64,000 bases of DNA from Ophelia neglecta (lineage: Eukaryota). Each line of letters opens with the position of its first letter. The stretch's first letter is position 1. The notes beneath the pieces are model-generated. The model ran no database searches and was not told the DNA's origin. It saw only the letters and a list, made by a program, of their open reading frames with translations. Shown piece by piece: positions 12,330 through 25,627 of the stretch. The translations under genes and the position numbers were made by a program. Location: the NCBI GenBank assembly GCA_965285935.1, contig OZ260664.1:17360001-17424000 (forward strand), read 5' to 3'.

Positions 12330-12830
12330 CACCTAAATTTGTCGAACTACTTTATTTCCTCATCGCCAACATTTTTGTCCAGGTTGGTAGTGAGGTATTT
12401 CGCCAGACCATTGGTAATCCAATGGGGACCAACCGCGCCCTTTGGTGGCAGATTTGATCTATTCACTTATGATTACAATACAGTGAAACCTGTCTTAAAG
12501 ACCACCTCTGTAATGAGACCACCTCCCGAATCATACCACCAATATGAGGACCATGCATGATGTATCCTTTCAATATTAAATAACCTGTCTAGACAGACCA
12601 CCTCCATAATCAGACCAGCATTTCTAGTCTCTTGGGTGGTCTTAATTCACAGGTTTCACTGTAGTATGATCGACTGCTTTACTGAAGGTCGGGAAATTGC
12701 ACATAGCAAAGATATTTTCTTCGTCATTTAGATATATATAGATGATTTATTTCGTTTAATAACATTTGCCTCACACACATTGTTCGCGGAATTTATCCTT
12801 TATGTTTTAGGATACACCATACCAGTGACA
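12330..12830 (+). mobile_element. Penelope-like RT remnant, interrupted by a MITE (also ~46285-46780)
   Basis: FRQTIGNPMGTN (B: TIGTPMGTNCAPLVADL) and a downstream RYIDDL-like motif at ~12729-12748. Confidence 0.65.
12481..12661. mobile_element. Tc1/mariner-type MITE (TA TSD)
   Basis: TA|CAGTGAAACCTG...CAGGTTTCACTG|TA. Family copies at 17269-17429, 46431-46607, 51207-51383 and an inverted decayed copy at ~60812-60983. Confidence 0.85.
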
Positions 12831-14304
12831 GCCCCATTGGCCCGGGGCTCTGTATACTGAGGTTATTACATATGTGCCGCCGATTCGACCCCTCTTTTAC
12901 GACCTATGTAGAATTTTGACCCCCTGTTTTTTTTTACATACATGTAGAATATCGACCCCTGTTTTAGCATACGTACGAGTTTTGACATTATAATATAAAG
13001 CACGCAAAGCCCATAATACTAGGCGCAAACCGAGTTTTGACTCGGGACTATTGACAATTTAATAAAGGCGATAACCTTAATTAACTATATCTGGCTGAAA
13101 TGAAAAATAGCGACCCCTGTTTTCAGCAATTTTGTAGAGTTGGGCCTGTTATTTGAAGACTGAATGGGATATATGTACCAATTTCCAGACTGAGTGCCCC
13201 CCATTGGCCGTTCATATTTATATACATTCTTCTTTAAAGACCAAAACAGCCTTTTAAATCACGTCTTTATGTATATATATGTATAAACGGTGCCATATGT
13301 ACAAAAGTATGCTTTAATTTGAATCCCTTTAGTTTTATAGCAAGGACCATGCGCGTCATATAAACGTAAAAACCTGCCGGGACGTTAAACCGAACAAGTT
13401 TTAGATTTTTTATCACGGTAATAGAGAGTTTAAGATGTCCGTGATATTTCCGTCCGCGACCGTGGGGTCCAGGCAACCGGGAAATAAAGTCTACATAAAG
13501 CAAACCGTAGGACTTAGAGCACCTCAGAGATGTCACTTTTCCTAAATAGGATGGAATCGCGGGCGGGTAGCAATTTAATCCTGACGTGTAGGATAATACG
13601 AGTGGCGCTTAGGTCCGTATGTAAACGCCATTACGACGCCACATAGTACCGACAGACTGCTTACTGACACCAGCCGTATGTAGAATTTAAGTGTAAAAAC
13701 TTTACTGCAGTTAAAATAAGCTAATTGTGGAAAAATTATCTTATGCAACCCAAACTACCAACTTTAGATAATCAATTAAGTACTTATGGTCATGATAGGA
13801 ACAGGATTTGGAAATAAAGCACAGATTACTAGAATAAAACTAGCTGATAGAAGGACGCAATATTGAGAATTATTGCCTAGAATAGGGAAAAAGCACACAC
13901 TGTCATTATTGACAAATTATAGTCTAAGATATCACCCAATATCGGTAGCTCAATATTGGTCACTGTTGTCTTTGAAGCAGACGTATTTCCACAAACACAT
14001 CAATATTTGATTCCATATATCGCAAAATTTTATGATATTGTAATAATCAGGGGAAAAATAAAAATGAAATCAGGGGAAAAATAGAAATGAAGTATTGTCA
14101 TATATCGAACAATATCGTACAATATTGGCCATGATCGGCTGACAAATAGATAAAATGCAAAATATTGTCTATCATGGCAAAGTGGTGCACAATATTGTGA
14201 GTTATCGGTTGAAATTTATAATAAATTATAAATTGACATAGTTGTAAAGTCATCGTAATCTCTAGGGACTGGTTTCTGTTAGAGGTTGGTGTTGTTTCTA
14301 AGCA

Positions 14305-14495
14305 TGTTGTTGTTTGGGTTTTTTTACGTGGCTTTCAACACTTATCGGTCATATCGCCACTGTGCCTACTTGTGACAGTGGGCTCAACGCCCTCTTTAGA
14401 GTGCTGCCTCACTGGAGTACCTGCCATAGACATCAGACAGGGAAATACCGGACGCCTGGCAGGGAGCTATCAGTACCTATTTTTACGTCTTAGGT
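14305..14495 (-). mobile_element. 5'-truncated copy of the same SINE
   Basis: Shares cctacttgtgacagtggg and gtgctgcctcactggagtacctgcc with 591-889; lacks the tRNA head. ~15-bp TSD tgttgtttctaag(c/g)a. Confidence 0.8.
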
Positions 14496-16256
14496 TGTTG
14501 TTTCTAAGGACATTTTTACATGGGTGTCGAGTTTGTTTTAGTTACCAATGACCATGACAATGCCAATGACAATGATTTATTGGTCTAGCGGTACAATCAA
14601 GTACAGAACCTGTTCTACAAGGTGTAAGAACCAAATAATATAATTGTTAACATACATTTGAACTATATTAAGGCAGACCGTTGCTTCCTCCTGTTAGACA
14701 TGCATAAAAGGGTCAAGCATTACGTTACAGTGACGCTAATTGACTTTTGCCGTGTAGCCTGAGGAACATTTTACCATAATCGTAAGGGACTGGAGGTTTT
14801 GTAATGTAAAGGTTTTGCTTGTCACACTTTTTATTTGATTTATGTTCGTCATGTAAAAATCACAGTATAGTTAAAAGTATCGTACAAAAGGTAAATGGCA
14901 CATGGACAAGAAAAACGGCGGTATACAAACGACACAAAAGAAGGAACCTCGAGTTAAACACCCACATCACATGACAGGATAAAACCTTAAGTCTTGTCAA
15001 GTCTTATTTCAGAGGTGGTACTTCAAAGTATAGACTAACGCGGAATGCTGCCCACTTAGAAATACCCAAATTCATCACGGATATCGGAAAATGAAAATAT
15101 AAACATTTCTTCTAGTAATATAAGATTTCTGATGCACAGTTTCTGACCATTTGGTCTGAATAATAAAGCTTCAAAGATATTTTAAATCCGGATATATCAG
15201 AACATGATTTAACTCCGACCGGCAGGTCATTCCAGAGCGTAGCACTAGTAAATACGAAACTAGAGTTACCACAGGTATCAACTCTGGTCAAAATTACAGT
15301 ATGAGAACTGCTCCTCGTGGATTAATTGTGAGAAATTTTACTGTGTGTACAGATACACGTTGGGGCTTGCCCATTCAGACATTTATATATAATACACACA
15401 ATATTATAATTATGTGTGTAGCTATAAAAGCTTCATGAAACTATAACGCTTGCTATAGCTTGTCCTCTTGCCTAACACCCATATATCGACAATGCTACCT
15501 TCTCATAGTGTATGTATCTCTACAAGATATAAACATTACATAGCGTGACAACAGCTAGTGTCTACATTTTACTTCTATCACTTGGACAAAAAATCATCAA
15601 CAACATTATGGTACAAAACCATATGCAAAACTAACAGAGGAAGGCATTCTTTTCCACTAAACCAATGCGACATAAATTTATGTCACTCGTGACAAAGTAT
15701 ATGTCAGTTTGAAGAGCATTTGGTAAACTCATTATAAGTTAAGAAAAAAACAACAAAAATTAATGTAACATTCCTCAGCTTGAAAAATGCTGGCTTGGGC
15801 CTAGTGTGCAGTGGTGCATGTGTCAACTATCAACAGTTTAAATGGCAGTTCACTTGGAGGAAGTTTTATGGGTGTTCCGAAGGTTTTCTTGAGAGGAAGG
15901 AGGCACCGATGCATGCCACACCCTCGAGAAAACCTCTAGACCAGCTTGTTGAAGGAATGAACCCCTGCCCCCCCCCCCCCCACTCCCCCGGCGAGCTCAT
16001 TCACACCACGGATAGAGGTGAACTAATTAACCTTGCATACGATTAAATTCCTCATTAAACCCGACAAACAATTGGCGAAAATCTCGAGATTTATCAATCA
16101 CGTACCCATATAACACTAAGAGACTTCTCTTTAGGCCCGAAAAAATGCTATAAAATGAACTGTTTTATTACAATTGATGTTCCGGTTTAAATATGTGATG
16201 CATGTTGCATTCTTAAAGCGTAGAGCATACCTTGTAGATATTTATTTACCCTATCC

Positions 16257-16452
16257 CAGTGGCGGATCAAGGATTTCAGGGAGGGGGGGGGGCAAATTAC
16301 CAAGGCTGACAAGGCAAATGTCTGGATTGTCCCCGTTACCAACACTCTGAAACCACCTTGCGCGGGTCCAGAAATATGCCCTTGGACAGGCCCACTTTTT
16401 GGTAAAGGGGGATGGGCCCCTTGACCCCCCCCCCTCCCTGAATCCGCCTTTG
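16257..16452. mobile_element. MITE with CAGTGGCGGAT TIRs and poly-G/poly-C subtermini
   Basis: Inverted family copy at 21526-21726; duplicates at 50212-50409 and 55575-56484 (the last is interrupted). Confidence 0.75.
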
Positions 16453-17268
16453 TCGGCGAGACCTATAAGGGCCTGCTATAACCTCGGTTTCAATAACAAG
16501 CTCTGCAATAACGTTACAAAATTAACCAGCTTATTTAATATTGGAATAACATAGCTTTGTATACTGAGCTCGTCAAGAATGAATTCCAAGTGATTGAAGG
16601 CATCTCAGTTAAAAACCATTTGAATAGCCTATGGTATACAAAATTTGGAGTATGGGCAACTTTTAACGCATTTCAAATTTTGACGAGGAAATGAAGAACG
16701 AAATTATTCAAAACTTTACGCCTGCTCCACTTATAAGCCGATAATAGGCTATAGATAAACTGAAGTTTTTGTAGGTCCCCTTTCCCAGTTTACAGAAGTG
16801 TATTGGCAAATCCCGAATCACGGACATTTGAATGAACCTTTTATACCACAAAGTATAAGGTAATTTTCCGCATCGCGATTAACTGAAATATCATAATCAT
16901 AAATTCACGGGAATTTAAGCAGAACATTCCAAAGTGACAGTAAAATAAATTCTTGAACGCGAATCGCAAGAAAATTTCACGCCCCGATTCACGAAAGGAA
17001 ATTCCCAGACAGTTTTCCCATGGCTTTACAGTAGAGCTGAATCCGCTGGAAAACTGCATGTTTTGTAAGGTTGACTGTTAGAAGTACTCCGGCCTAAACG
17101 CAGACGTAATTGATCAACTTTGGGAGAGCGAAGACTTGAAGACTGTCTGCTCAGTGAGATGCCAAGAGGGAGAATGAGCTGCTAGGTAGGACAGAGTATG
17201 TGAAACGCCGCAAAGGAATGGTCCCCACTGGTCACGTGGGATCAGTGACACACAAGCCATTTAATGTA

Positions 17269-17429
17269 CAGTGAAACCTGCCTTAAAGACCACCTCTGTA
17301 ATCAGACCACCTCCCAAATCATACCACCAATATAAGGACCATGTTAAATGACTTGTCTAAACTGACCACCTCCATAATCAGACCAGCATTTCTAGTCCAT
17401 TGGGTGGTCTTAATTAACAGGTTTCACTG
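17269..17429. mobile_element. Tc1/mariner-type MITE, second copy
   Basis: Same TIRs and TA flanks as 12481-12661. Confidence 0.85.
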
Positions 17430-17619
17430 TACTCTTCAGTCATAACTCGTCAGTAACTGTGGATACACGTTTCTTCCCAGGTGCTTACGCCCGAGTAGAG
17501 ATACATGTGACCTAATCACACATTGTTGTTGCTGCATCTATCAATTATTTATGTATAAATGTACATGTATAAAGAAACTTTCATATTTACGTAAATAAAT
17601 AGTTTCAAACCAGACCTAC

Positions 17620-17780
17620 CCCGGCGATTGAGCCCATTTTGGATGGCCTGTCCCGGTAAAGTCACTTAATATAAAAAGACAAATTGTAAAGTCAGGCACT
17701 AACGGTGACGACTCTTCTACTGTTGCACGTTCCCGTCTGACTGCTCCACGGTTGTAACAGGGTATATCACGTGATCTGTA
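17620..17780 (-). promoter_or_regulatory. Candidate non-coding first exon and core promoter of A (B: ~51574-51735)
   Basis: The ATG exon has an upstream acceptor (12057-12058), so a 5' exon is required. Candidate donor GG|GTAGGT at 17620/17619, Inr-like CAGTC at ~17739-17743, E-box TCACGTGA at 17767-17774. Inference only. Confidence 0.3.
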
Positions 17781-18081
17781 GACTTATCGACACAGCTCGT
17801 GGGTTATTGGGGGGTAAATGAAAAACAATCGGAGGAGTGCTTGAATATGGAACGTGGAAAGCCGAGCTGCCAATTTGCGTTATGATTGTCAGATTTCATG
17901 CTCCAATTATGTGCGTCTACATCAACTTGTACATACATTTACTTTTAAATGCATTTGTGACTTTAATATAAGTACATGGATTCAATCTGATAATGTTAAA
18001 ACCTGCAGTCTATGCCCCCAATTCCCAACATCTGTGAAAATGGATATTGTGAATAAATCTTGCCCAAAATAGGTGTTATTT

Positions 18082-18359
18082 TTACAGCCGAAACTCGTCA
18101 CATAAAGAATTTAGCAACTAAAAAAACCTGTTTGGAGACAAATTTCACAAATCAATATGCAGCTGACGTCACTTCCTGTGGGCTTCGCCAATCAAAGTAC
18201 AAAGTAGGTATGGGCATTAAACTCGGCCAGTCTGTGCAGCCCATGCCAATCTTATAGGAAGTGCCGTCAGCTGCACATTGATTTGTGTTTTCTGCATTTC
18301 GGCCTTTAAACAAATTCTTTCCGTTGCTTAATTCGTCATGTGACGAGTTTCTGTTGTAA
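18082..18359. mobile_element. Foldback element with ~100-bp imperfect inverted arms (also 52117-52396)
   Basis: ttacagccgaaactcgtcacat..aaatcaatatgcagctgacgtcacttcct pairs with aggaagtgccgtcagctgcacattgattt..atgtgacgagtttctgttgtaa. Confidence 0.8.
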
Positions 18360-18959
18360 TCTAAGATATTAAAAAAAGAGCTACGCTTTGCCTTCTTGTT
18401 TCTGCAAAATTAGAGGTGTTGTTCCGTCCCACATTCTCGTGGATTGTGCAAAAAATAAAGGGTGAAATTCAACCCTAACGTAGGTACCTATTGCCTTACA
18501 GCGAGGAGGAACCAGAATTTTCCGCACCTCCGATATTAGTCAATAGCCATAGGAAGGGACAGCTTTTTTAGGTTCCTGGTTAAGGGTAAGAAGTAATAAT
18601 GACAACGCTTCAAAACAGAAAAAAAAGGACTGCTACCCGCCCGAAAGCTGAATAGACTTTCTAAAAGGTGCTTGGTAATAGACTGTTTACAACAGAATTC
18701 ACATCAATGCAGCTGCTTTACACTTAGTGTACGTACATACATAAATTATCTTTAACTGGTATCACATGGCTTTGGTCATGTAGGTTTGAAAACAACACAA
18801 ACCCAGTTTATCAACACTTAAAGAGGCGTTCTCTTTATTCTCGTGCATCAACATGACCAAGCACTCTTTTTTTTATGCGTTTGGATCTGATTTTGAATTC
18901 ACCTAGTCATGCTCTTAGGTAAATGTATACACATATTTTCTTTGTTGACAACTGTGTGT

Positions 18960-20470
18960 TTTGAAACTTGTTCCCTCAACCAAAGCAAAGCAAACAGACA
19001 GGCAAGTTCTCAGTGGAAACACAAAACTTCAACATTAGTTTCCTGCAAGAGACACTCATGTCAACAAGAAGAGACCCCCTTGGCAGAAGAATGAGGCTCA
19101 AAAAATTTCTATTCTCAGGGATCTTCTAAGGCTAGATGAGTAACAATCCTAGTAAGCCCTAGTTTTACAAATTTGTCGACCTATCACTTCAAACTGGCAT
19201 AGATTGGCGTTTTAAATATATTCTAGTCCTCCACTGCAGAATTCAATCGTCTGAATTCGTTTTGGTTAATACGTGTGGCCCGAATGAGAACAATGTTGCT
19301 TTTTTATCGAAGCAATGTTGAAGATTTTGCCACACGACAATTATAATTGGGGGAGATTTTAATGTTGCTCCCAATGTACATATGGGTAAGTACGGGGGAG
19401 GGACCAGTGAGTAATCCAGAAAATGCAAAAGTTATAGACAGATTTATGGACATTTAGGGGACGTGTGGCGAATATTATACCCGCACGACAGAAAAAACAC
19501 ATGGAGACAAGTAAAAACAAAATTTTTCTGCCTATTGGGCTACTTTCTGTTCTCTACGTCCTGATTATACTAAATTACAAAGGCTGAAATTAATCCAGGT
19601 AATAAAACTGACCCTTATAAGTGTTGAGTATCTATTAACTGAAGAGATCCCGCGTGGTCGATTCTACTGGAAACTAAATACTTCCTTTCTGACAAACCCA
19701 AATTATGTCAGCATTATACAAGTATTATCAGAAGGACCGTAAAAGAGAATCCTTATATTGGAGATGAAATGCTGTGGGAAATTATCAAACTGAAAGTGAG
19801 TGGCAACTGCATAAGTTTTGCGTACCACAAAAAGAAAACGACCAATTTTGCACATTAACTTGCTGAAAGCAAAATTAAACAATACGAGTCTGGCACTGAA
19901 GAATGTAATATTCCAAAGGGAAGGGTAAAGAGATTGTTGAAAAAAAACCAAGGGTTCTGCCTATTAGGTCTAAAGCCAAACAATACTCTAAAGATGAAAA
20001 AAGTACTAAATATTTCTTCACTTTAGAAAAAAAAACAATGCTAAAAAGAAAATATACGAAAGCTTGTTACAGACGATGAGTCTGAAATATCCGACCCTAA
20101 CAACGTCTTGAGGGAGGAAAGGAAATTCTTTTCCCCGCTTAAAATTTCTGATAGGTCTTTTATTAATTGTCCTGATGAAGTTAGACTCATGTTTTTAGAA
20201 CAAACAGATGTCCCCATTCTTACTTACAGACAACGGCAATTATGCGAAAGCATCCTTATCCCGGAGGAACTTCACCAGATATAAATATGAATGAAAAAAT
20301 GACAAACCACCTGGATAGGTGGTTACCCTGCGAATTTCAGTGCCAGGTTCAAAAGTGAGAACCTCTGTCTTACCCAGAGACAAAGTAAAACTTCTCCCTT
20401 CAAAAGACAGAAAAACGATACACTTGAAAAAATGGTGACCTATATCTTTTTTATGCTGTTACTAAAAAAC
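18960..20470 (+). mobile_element. Decayed L1/Tx1 LINE ORF2 (APE endonuclease to start of RT)
   Basis: Frameshifted motifs FLQET, IIGGDFNV, DVWRILYP, YWKLNTSFL, EKSTKYFFTLEK, KKW(R)PIS. Duplicate at ~53020-54530. Confidence 0.85.
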
Positions 20471-21525
20471 TATTTTCGGTCTTTTGAAAAGTAGTTTTAT
20501 CCTCTGGTCCATTCTTAATTCCTCCGATAATCCCATCACACGGTTCAGCATAGTATGGAATAATTCAATGATAACTATTGATGACCTTCAGTATGTAAAG
20601 AAAACCCTTACATTTCCATCTCATCCACATTTAAGTAATCTAAAGCGCTAAGCGCAAACGGTCCAGCGCAAACAAGGTGAGTGTTATACTACTTCATTAA
20701 ATGAAATACTCAATAATATAATTCTTTATTCAGTATTAGTCAAGAACTGGAAATGTGCATAGTCATGTTTATCAAAAATTTGCCATGAAATGTATCAAGA
20801 TATTGTCTTTATTTATGGTCATTAAGGCGAAAACGTAAAGTGCGATACTTGCCACTACTTACCACACCAATAGTGCCCACAGAAAATAATTCATACTACT
20901 AACTAACAGCCTCATTCCCAACTCAAAGCTTGTTTGCGATTAAAGAATCTGTGGTCAGCAAGTGGTTATTAAAGTGGGATTATATTGCATTCAAACAACT
21001 CCATTCATTTAATATGTTATTAATATTCACAACACAAAGATACACACTAGAGAGCTCTCTATCAGGACTGGTAGAGGGTGTCGCCGGACATCAGCAGGAC
21101 ATATCCCCTCCCCCCCCCCCGCCCCCCTAGGACAGGCCATTGCCTAAAAGCCAAGTCGAACTTGGTTACACGCCAAACCGAATGAAAACGTGTCCATTGA
21201 CATATAGTAGTATAACATAATGATGACACCTCATTTCTGTTCTACAGTATATGCTTGGTACACTCACTTAGTGCGGATATATGGTAAATTAAAATGGTAA
21301 TGGTCGTCTTAAACTATCCAATAATTAAGTTTACGACATATAGGAGAAAAAACCCGCGTGCAATTTTATGTGACTGTTTACCAAGTTTTATTTCATACTT
21401 AACAAATAGACCAAAATGCTCCTCATAGTGTCCCATTTTGACCCTTAACTTATTGGTATCGGTCTGACATTAACATAACGTGCTTCCCAGGTTGCTGATA
21501 GTGGAAATTTGTAATGATAAAACCC

Positions 21526-21726
21526 CAGTGGCGGATTTAGGGGGGGGGGGGGCAGGGGACCCGCCCCTCCCCTTTGCCAAAAATTGGGCCCGGGTCAGGG
21601 CCTATATCCGGACCTGCGCAAGGTGGTTTCAGAGGGTTGGTACCGGGGACAATCCAGACATTGGCCTTGTCAACTTTGGAAATTTTGCCCCCCCCCCCCC
21701 TTCCTGAAATCCTAGATCCGCCAATG
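21526..21726. mobile_element. MITE of the CAGTGGCGGAT family, opposite orientation
   Basis: The internal sequence is the reverse complement of 16257-16452. Confidence 0.75.
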
Positions 21727-23409
21727 AAACCTCTTTATATCATGGATTGTCGGCAATAATCAACTAGACTCCTGACAAATTGCTTCCCGAATATTGGAGG
21801 AGTAATTTTCCATTTTCAATCGTTATCCGCGCAGAAAAATATACAATAAATAAGTTTTGCGGCTATTCTGCATTGCTGGGGCTTCCTCGTAGTATGCTTA
21901 CAAATTGGCTCGTCCGGACACTTCTGCGCATGTGCGAGCTGATTCGCAGGTCATTAGCATATGAATGACGCGGCTAACTGCTTGCGGCCCAATGCCTCGA
22001 TTCCTATCTCTGGGTATAAACATCACTGGTATGTTGTTATATTATCGTGTATTGTTTTATAATAAGACTTATCCCAGTACATTTTAACACCCTGGCCTGC
22101 GTAACTTGCGCAACGCCACATTGTGAAGACTTGATACTCAAAATGTACCTAAAGGCCTTCCCTTCTACGAAAATATATATTATCTTTAAAAAGTGTTTAT
22201 AGAATTTTCTGATATCTTCCTTCGCCTATAACAGTTTAGTGGTAATCAATTTTATTTAAGAGCTGGCTTGGGTATGTCGCTTATAGGATTAAATGAAATA
22301 GTAGGCCCCCGAGGAGTAGGCATCTCAAAATATCTGACAAAGTTTAAATTGTTTATTTTCAGATTTAAACTATAATGATACGGAAAGTATCGTTGATGAG
22401 AAAACGGTTTATGTACAGTTTTAAATCGCACATACGACCTTGTCCGATACAACAACAGTAACTAATTCAGAGACACAGGAGTGAGAACTATCAGTTAGTA
22501 TTTTATAGTACAAAATCATATACTTGTTGGACCTAATTTAAATCTAGCATATGTTCCATTTCTTCAATGTATCAAACAAAAACAGCTTGTTAGTACAGGT
22601 TGGTCCGTGTCACAAACCTCCAGAGTCAGCCATTGGCTTACGGCGTACCAATCGAGACAATGTTGTTAGTAAATATATATTTATATAATATCGAGCGTAT
22701 ATAGAATAAAGTACTGAGAAAAAAAAGTTAGCCATATTTGCACAGCTTATATGAGTATCAATGAGTGAAACTGTACGACGTGGTTCAATTAGGTAGCATT
22801 AAGTAATCACAAATCGTAGATATATTCGCTGTGTACATACACAGGGCCTGTAGTTAGAATAATCGTCAGCCATTTTGAAGCTATGCATAATTACGGTACA
22901 AAAACAGAACCAATCTAATCTACCGTGTTTTAAACACTTCAGCCAACGGGTTGAGTACATTCAAGTAACTACGGTACAATTCACTAACAATCCACTGGCA
23001 AGAGATTCATTTACAAAAGTTTGCCATTGTTTTTTTCTAAATCCGCGTCACTGGTGTGCAACGGTCAGTGTGGTATTCTTTTTTACTACGTTTCAGGGCG
23101 ATATTATGCTGCTTTCGGTGTTTAACACCTTGCGGTAATAACGGGTGCTGCGTTGACATTGCTCTGGCCGCACCATAACACAGACTACCACATTGACAAC
23201 AGCACGACAGTTGGTCTGTCCAGTTTAGAATATACCGTCGGCCTTGTAGAGATAATCGAACACCAGATTTTGTAGAGATAATCAGTTATAAGCAGCATAC
23301 AAAAGGCCTCTCCAAGCGGGATGTTCTAACTGCTGTATCGGTCGATTTTCATCGTACACACCCAGTTTACTGCATTTAAATGAAATTTACTGATCGTCTG
23401 CTGTTGTGT

Positions 23410-24278
23410 TTAATTTTGGTGTTTGATTCGAATTGGTCCATCGGCATATCCAGCATTATGGTAACCTATTTTCCCGCCAGGATAATTTCCATTCATAGTG
23501 GTGAAAACCTCATCTTCATATCTGTATTAAAATAACAGGAGATAATAATTTAAATTAAACAATTTTAATAACTTTATTACGACATTGCACTGGGTTTTAA
23601 TCGGTAAAGATACCTTCGAAGGACCTTATTCAACATATTTAATTATTCGGTTATTAGTCCCATCTCCAGGAACCAAAATGGCCATGTTTTACCTTGTAGT
23701 TTACCAAATTAGATTGGTTTATTTCTATTCGCACAGGTCGAGAATTAAAGTCAGTTAAGTGTTTGAAAACACTTACCTTCCTGTACGGTAGACCTCCAAA
23801 GCAGGTCCCCACTCTGTCGTGGGGCGGAGTATTTTAGGCATGGTCTGAAAAAATCCCATACCATTGAAGCCCAAGACAGGTATAATGACGTGGAATATAT
23901 TAGCTTATCATACACACTACATATATTCTCCTTTCTCTTTACTTTATGGACCAAATGGAATGCAAATGCTCATATATTTGTTTCTTTGAAATGTGTCCTC
24001 CACCGAAAACGGAATGATTATAAATGTTAACTGTATAAAAAGCAGGCTTAAGTGTAAACTGAATACGACGAAAATACCAAAAGAAATGTTGGAGAACTTG
24101 CGCGAGCACAGACCTTGAAGAACCCATGTGCCTTGCAGTATTCTGTCAGAGCACACACGGGGATGAATACCAAGGCGATGCCTACAAGGATCCATCCAAT
24201 CACGTCAGCCCACCACGGCTGATATATTCCATTCAGGGACATTCTGTCGTAGGACAGGCCCATATAAACGATCACAAA
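23410..24278 (-). pseudogene. Fragment C: orphan copy of the last three exons (14-16) of paralog D
   Basis: Exons 24114-24278, 23777-23844 and 23410-23521 are near-identical to D (58876-59040, 58537-58604, 58168-58279) with ORF and splice sites intact. Homology to D stops at ~24985; I found no exon 13 or earlier exons. Confidence 0.85.
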
Positions 24279-24383
24279 CTGGGTAAAATAGAGAAAACAC
24301 GTCAAGGAAAGTACGTTAAAAATGTATTTAACATATTTAAAATTGCATAAGATATTATTTTTTATACTTTTAGGCTTAGTATA

Positions 24384-24774
24384 CAAGTGGCATAAAGTCT
24401 GGAGACTAGTTGTGCGAAAAAAACATAATCAAAGCATCAAATATGTAGTTTATGCCTGTGTGACGCGCTCACATGGTGAACGCTGATTGGCCCAGAAAGC
24501 AAATGACGCTTAGCCGGCTTTCGGCGATGACGTCACACCCAGGAGGCAGCGGCACCCAGGGACACAGTGCTCTGGCAAAACGCGTCACTTGCCTTCGGGT
24601 TTAAATAGGTCAAACGTCATACATACGCAAACCAATAAGAGGCAGCCTTTTTTGTTAACACACCAATTACACATAGACAATATGTGCATCAGCAGAAGCT
24701 TGTGCACACTGTTTTCTAGCATCGTATGATTTTAAACCTTTTTTTCTGAAAGTCTCCAGACTTTGTGTGGCTGG
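24384..24774. mobile_element. MITE inserted in intron 13 of fragment C only
   Basis: Imperfect TIRs caagtggcataaagtctggagact / agtctccagactttgtgtggctgg, flanked by TATA on both sides. The site is empty in D at ~59135. Confidence 0.8.
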
Positions 24775-25627
24775 TATAAAATTAATTTTAGGAATAAAAT
24801 ACTAGATACAAATTTAAAATGACCATGCAGAAGATTATAATGCATGAAAAAAAGGTAATTTTTGCATACTTAGAACAGCCTACACCAACTACATATACAT
24901 GCAATTTGTGAGAATATAAACAAGATGGATCCTCCCCGTGCCATTATTGAATCACATACACACAAACTGACTGGAAAAATACACCAGTATTTATTTATAA
25001 GGGCGATCAGAACATATATAAATAAACTGTCTTTTCAAAAGTTTGTCTATATAGAGGTTGTATGTTAAAAGTCTCCATGCCATTCATGTGATAATGAGAG
25101 CACCTGTCATAACTTAACTATATGGTGTATGATAGTTCAAATGCTACTGGTTAGCTGGAATTACAGAGGTATCCTAAATTGCGTTAGGCCATCTGTTTAT
25201 GACCTATGACCTATTTTACATGCAGTAAATACAAATAAGGTTAAAAACATTGGTGCAAATTTATATCTAATGACAATCATTATAGTTGAATAATTGTATG
25301 ATTAATAGTACCAAATGGTAATTACATACATAACAATGGAAAGATGAAAAACGCATATAAACGGGAAGAGTTCACGGGTCATAGGTCATTGCTCAAAAGT
25401 TCAGTGTAGGCCAAAAACTTGGCTTACGTTACCTGTAATAGAGGTATCAACACATGCAGTCAAATTGTCCACAGCTGTCATTAAGTCGATGGTTCTGGGT
25501 TCGCCTGACCTACTTAGTCCAGCCAGGAGTCCCTTTCCACACTGGAAATTGGGCAGTTCATATTGTTTCTTAAGCAACTAGTTTTTTTCGGAGTATAAAA
25601 TGGGAACCATCGCCTTGGATGTTTCAG

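Larger units (their letters stand above)
1..24985 (+). repeat. Segmental duplication, block 1 (gene A + spacer + fragment C)
   Basis: Colinear near-identity with ~33890-59335 across exons, introns and shared TEs. Offset 33986 at A/B exon 14 and 34762 at C/D exon 14. Confidence 0.95.

Noticed and set aside
21850-22020. Motif cluster (TGCGCATG, ATTAGCAT) as an snRNA or other ncRNA promoter
   Set aside because: No recognisable RNA gene nearby; probably the interior of a repeat.
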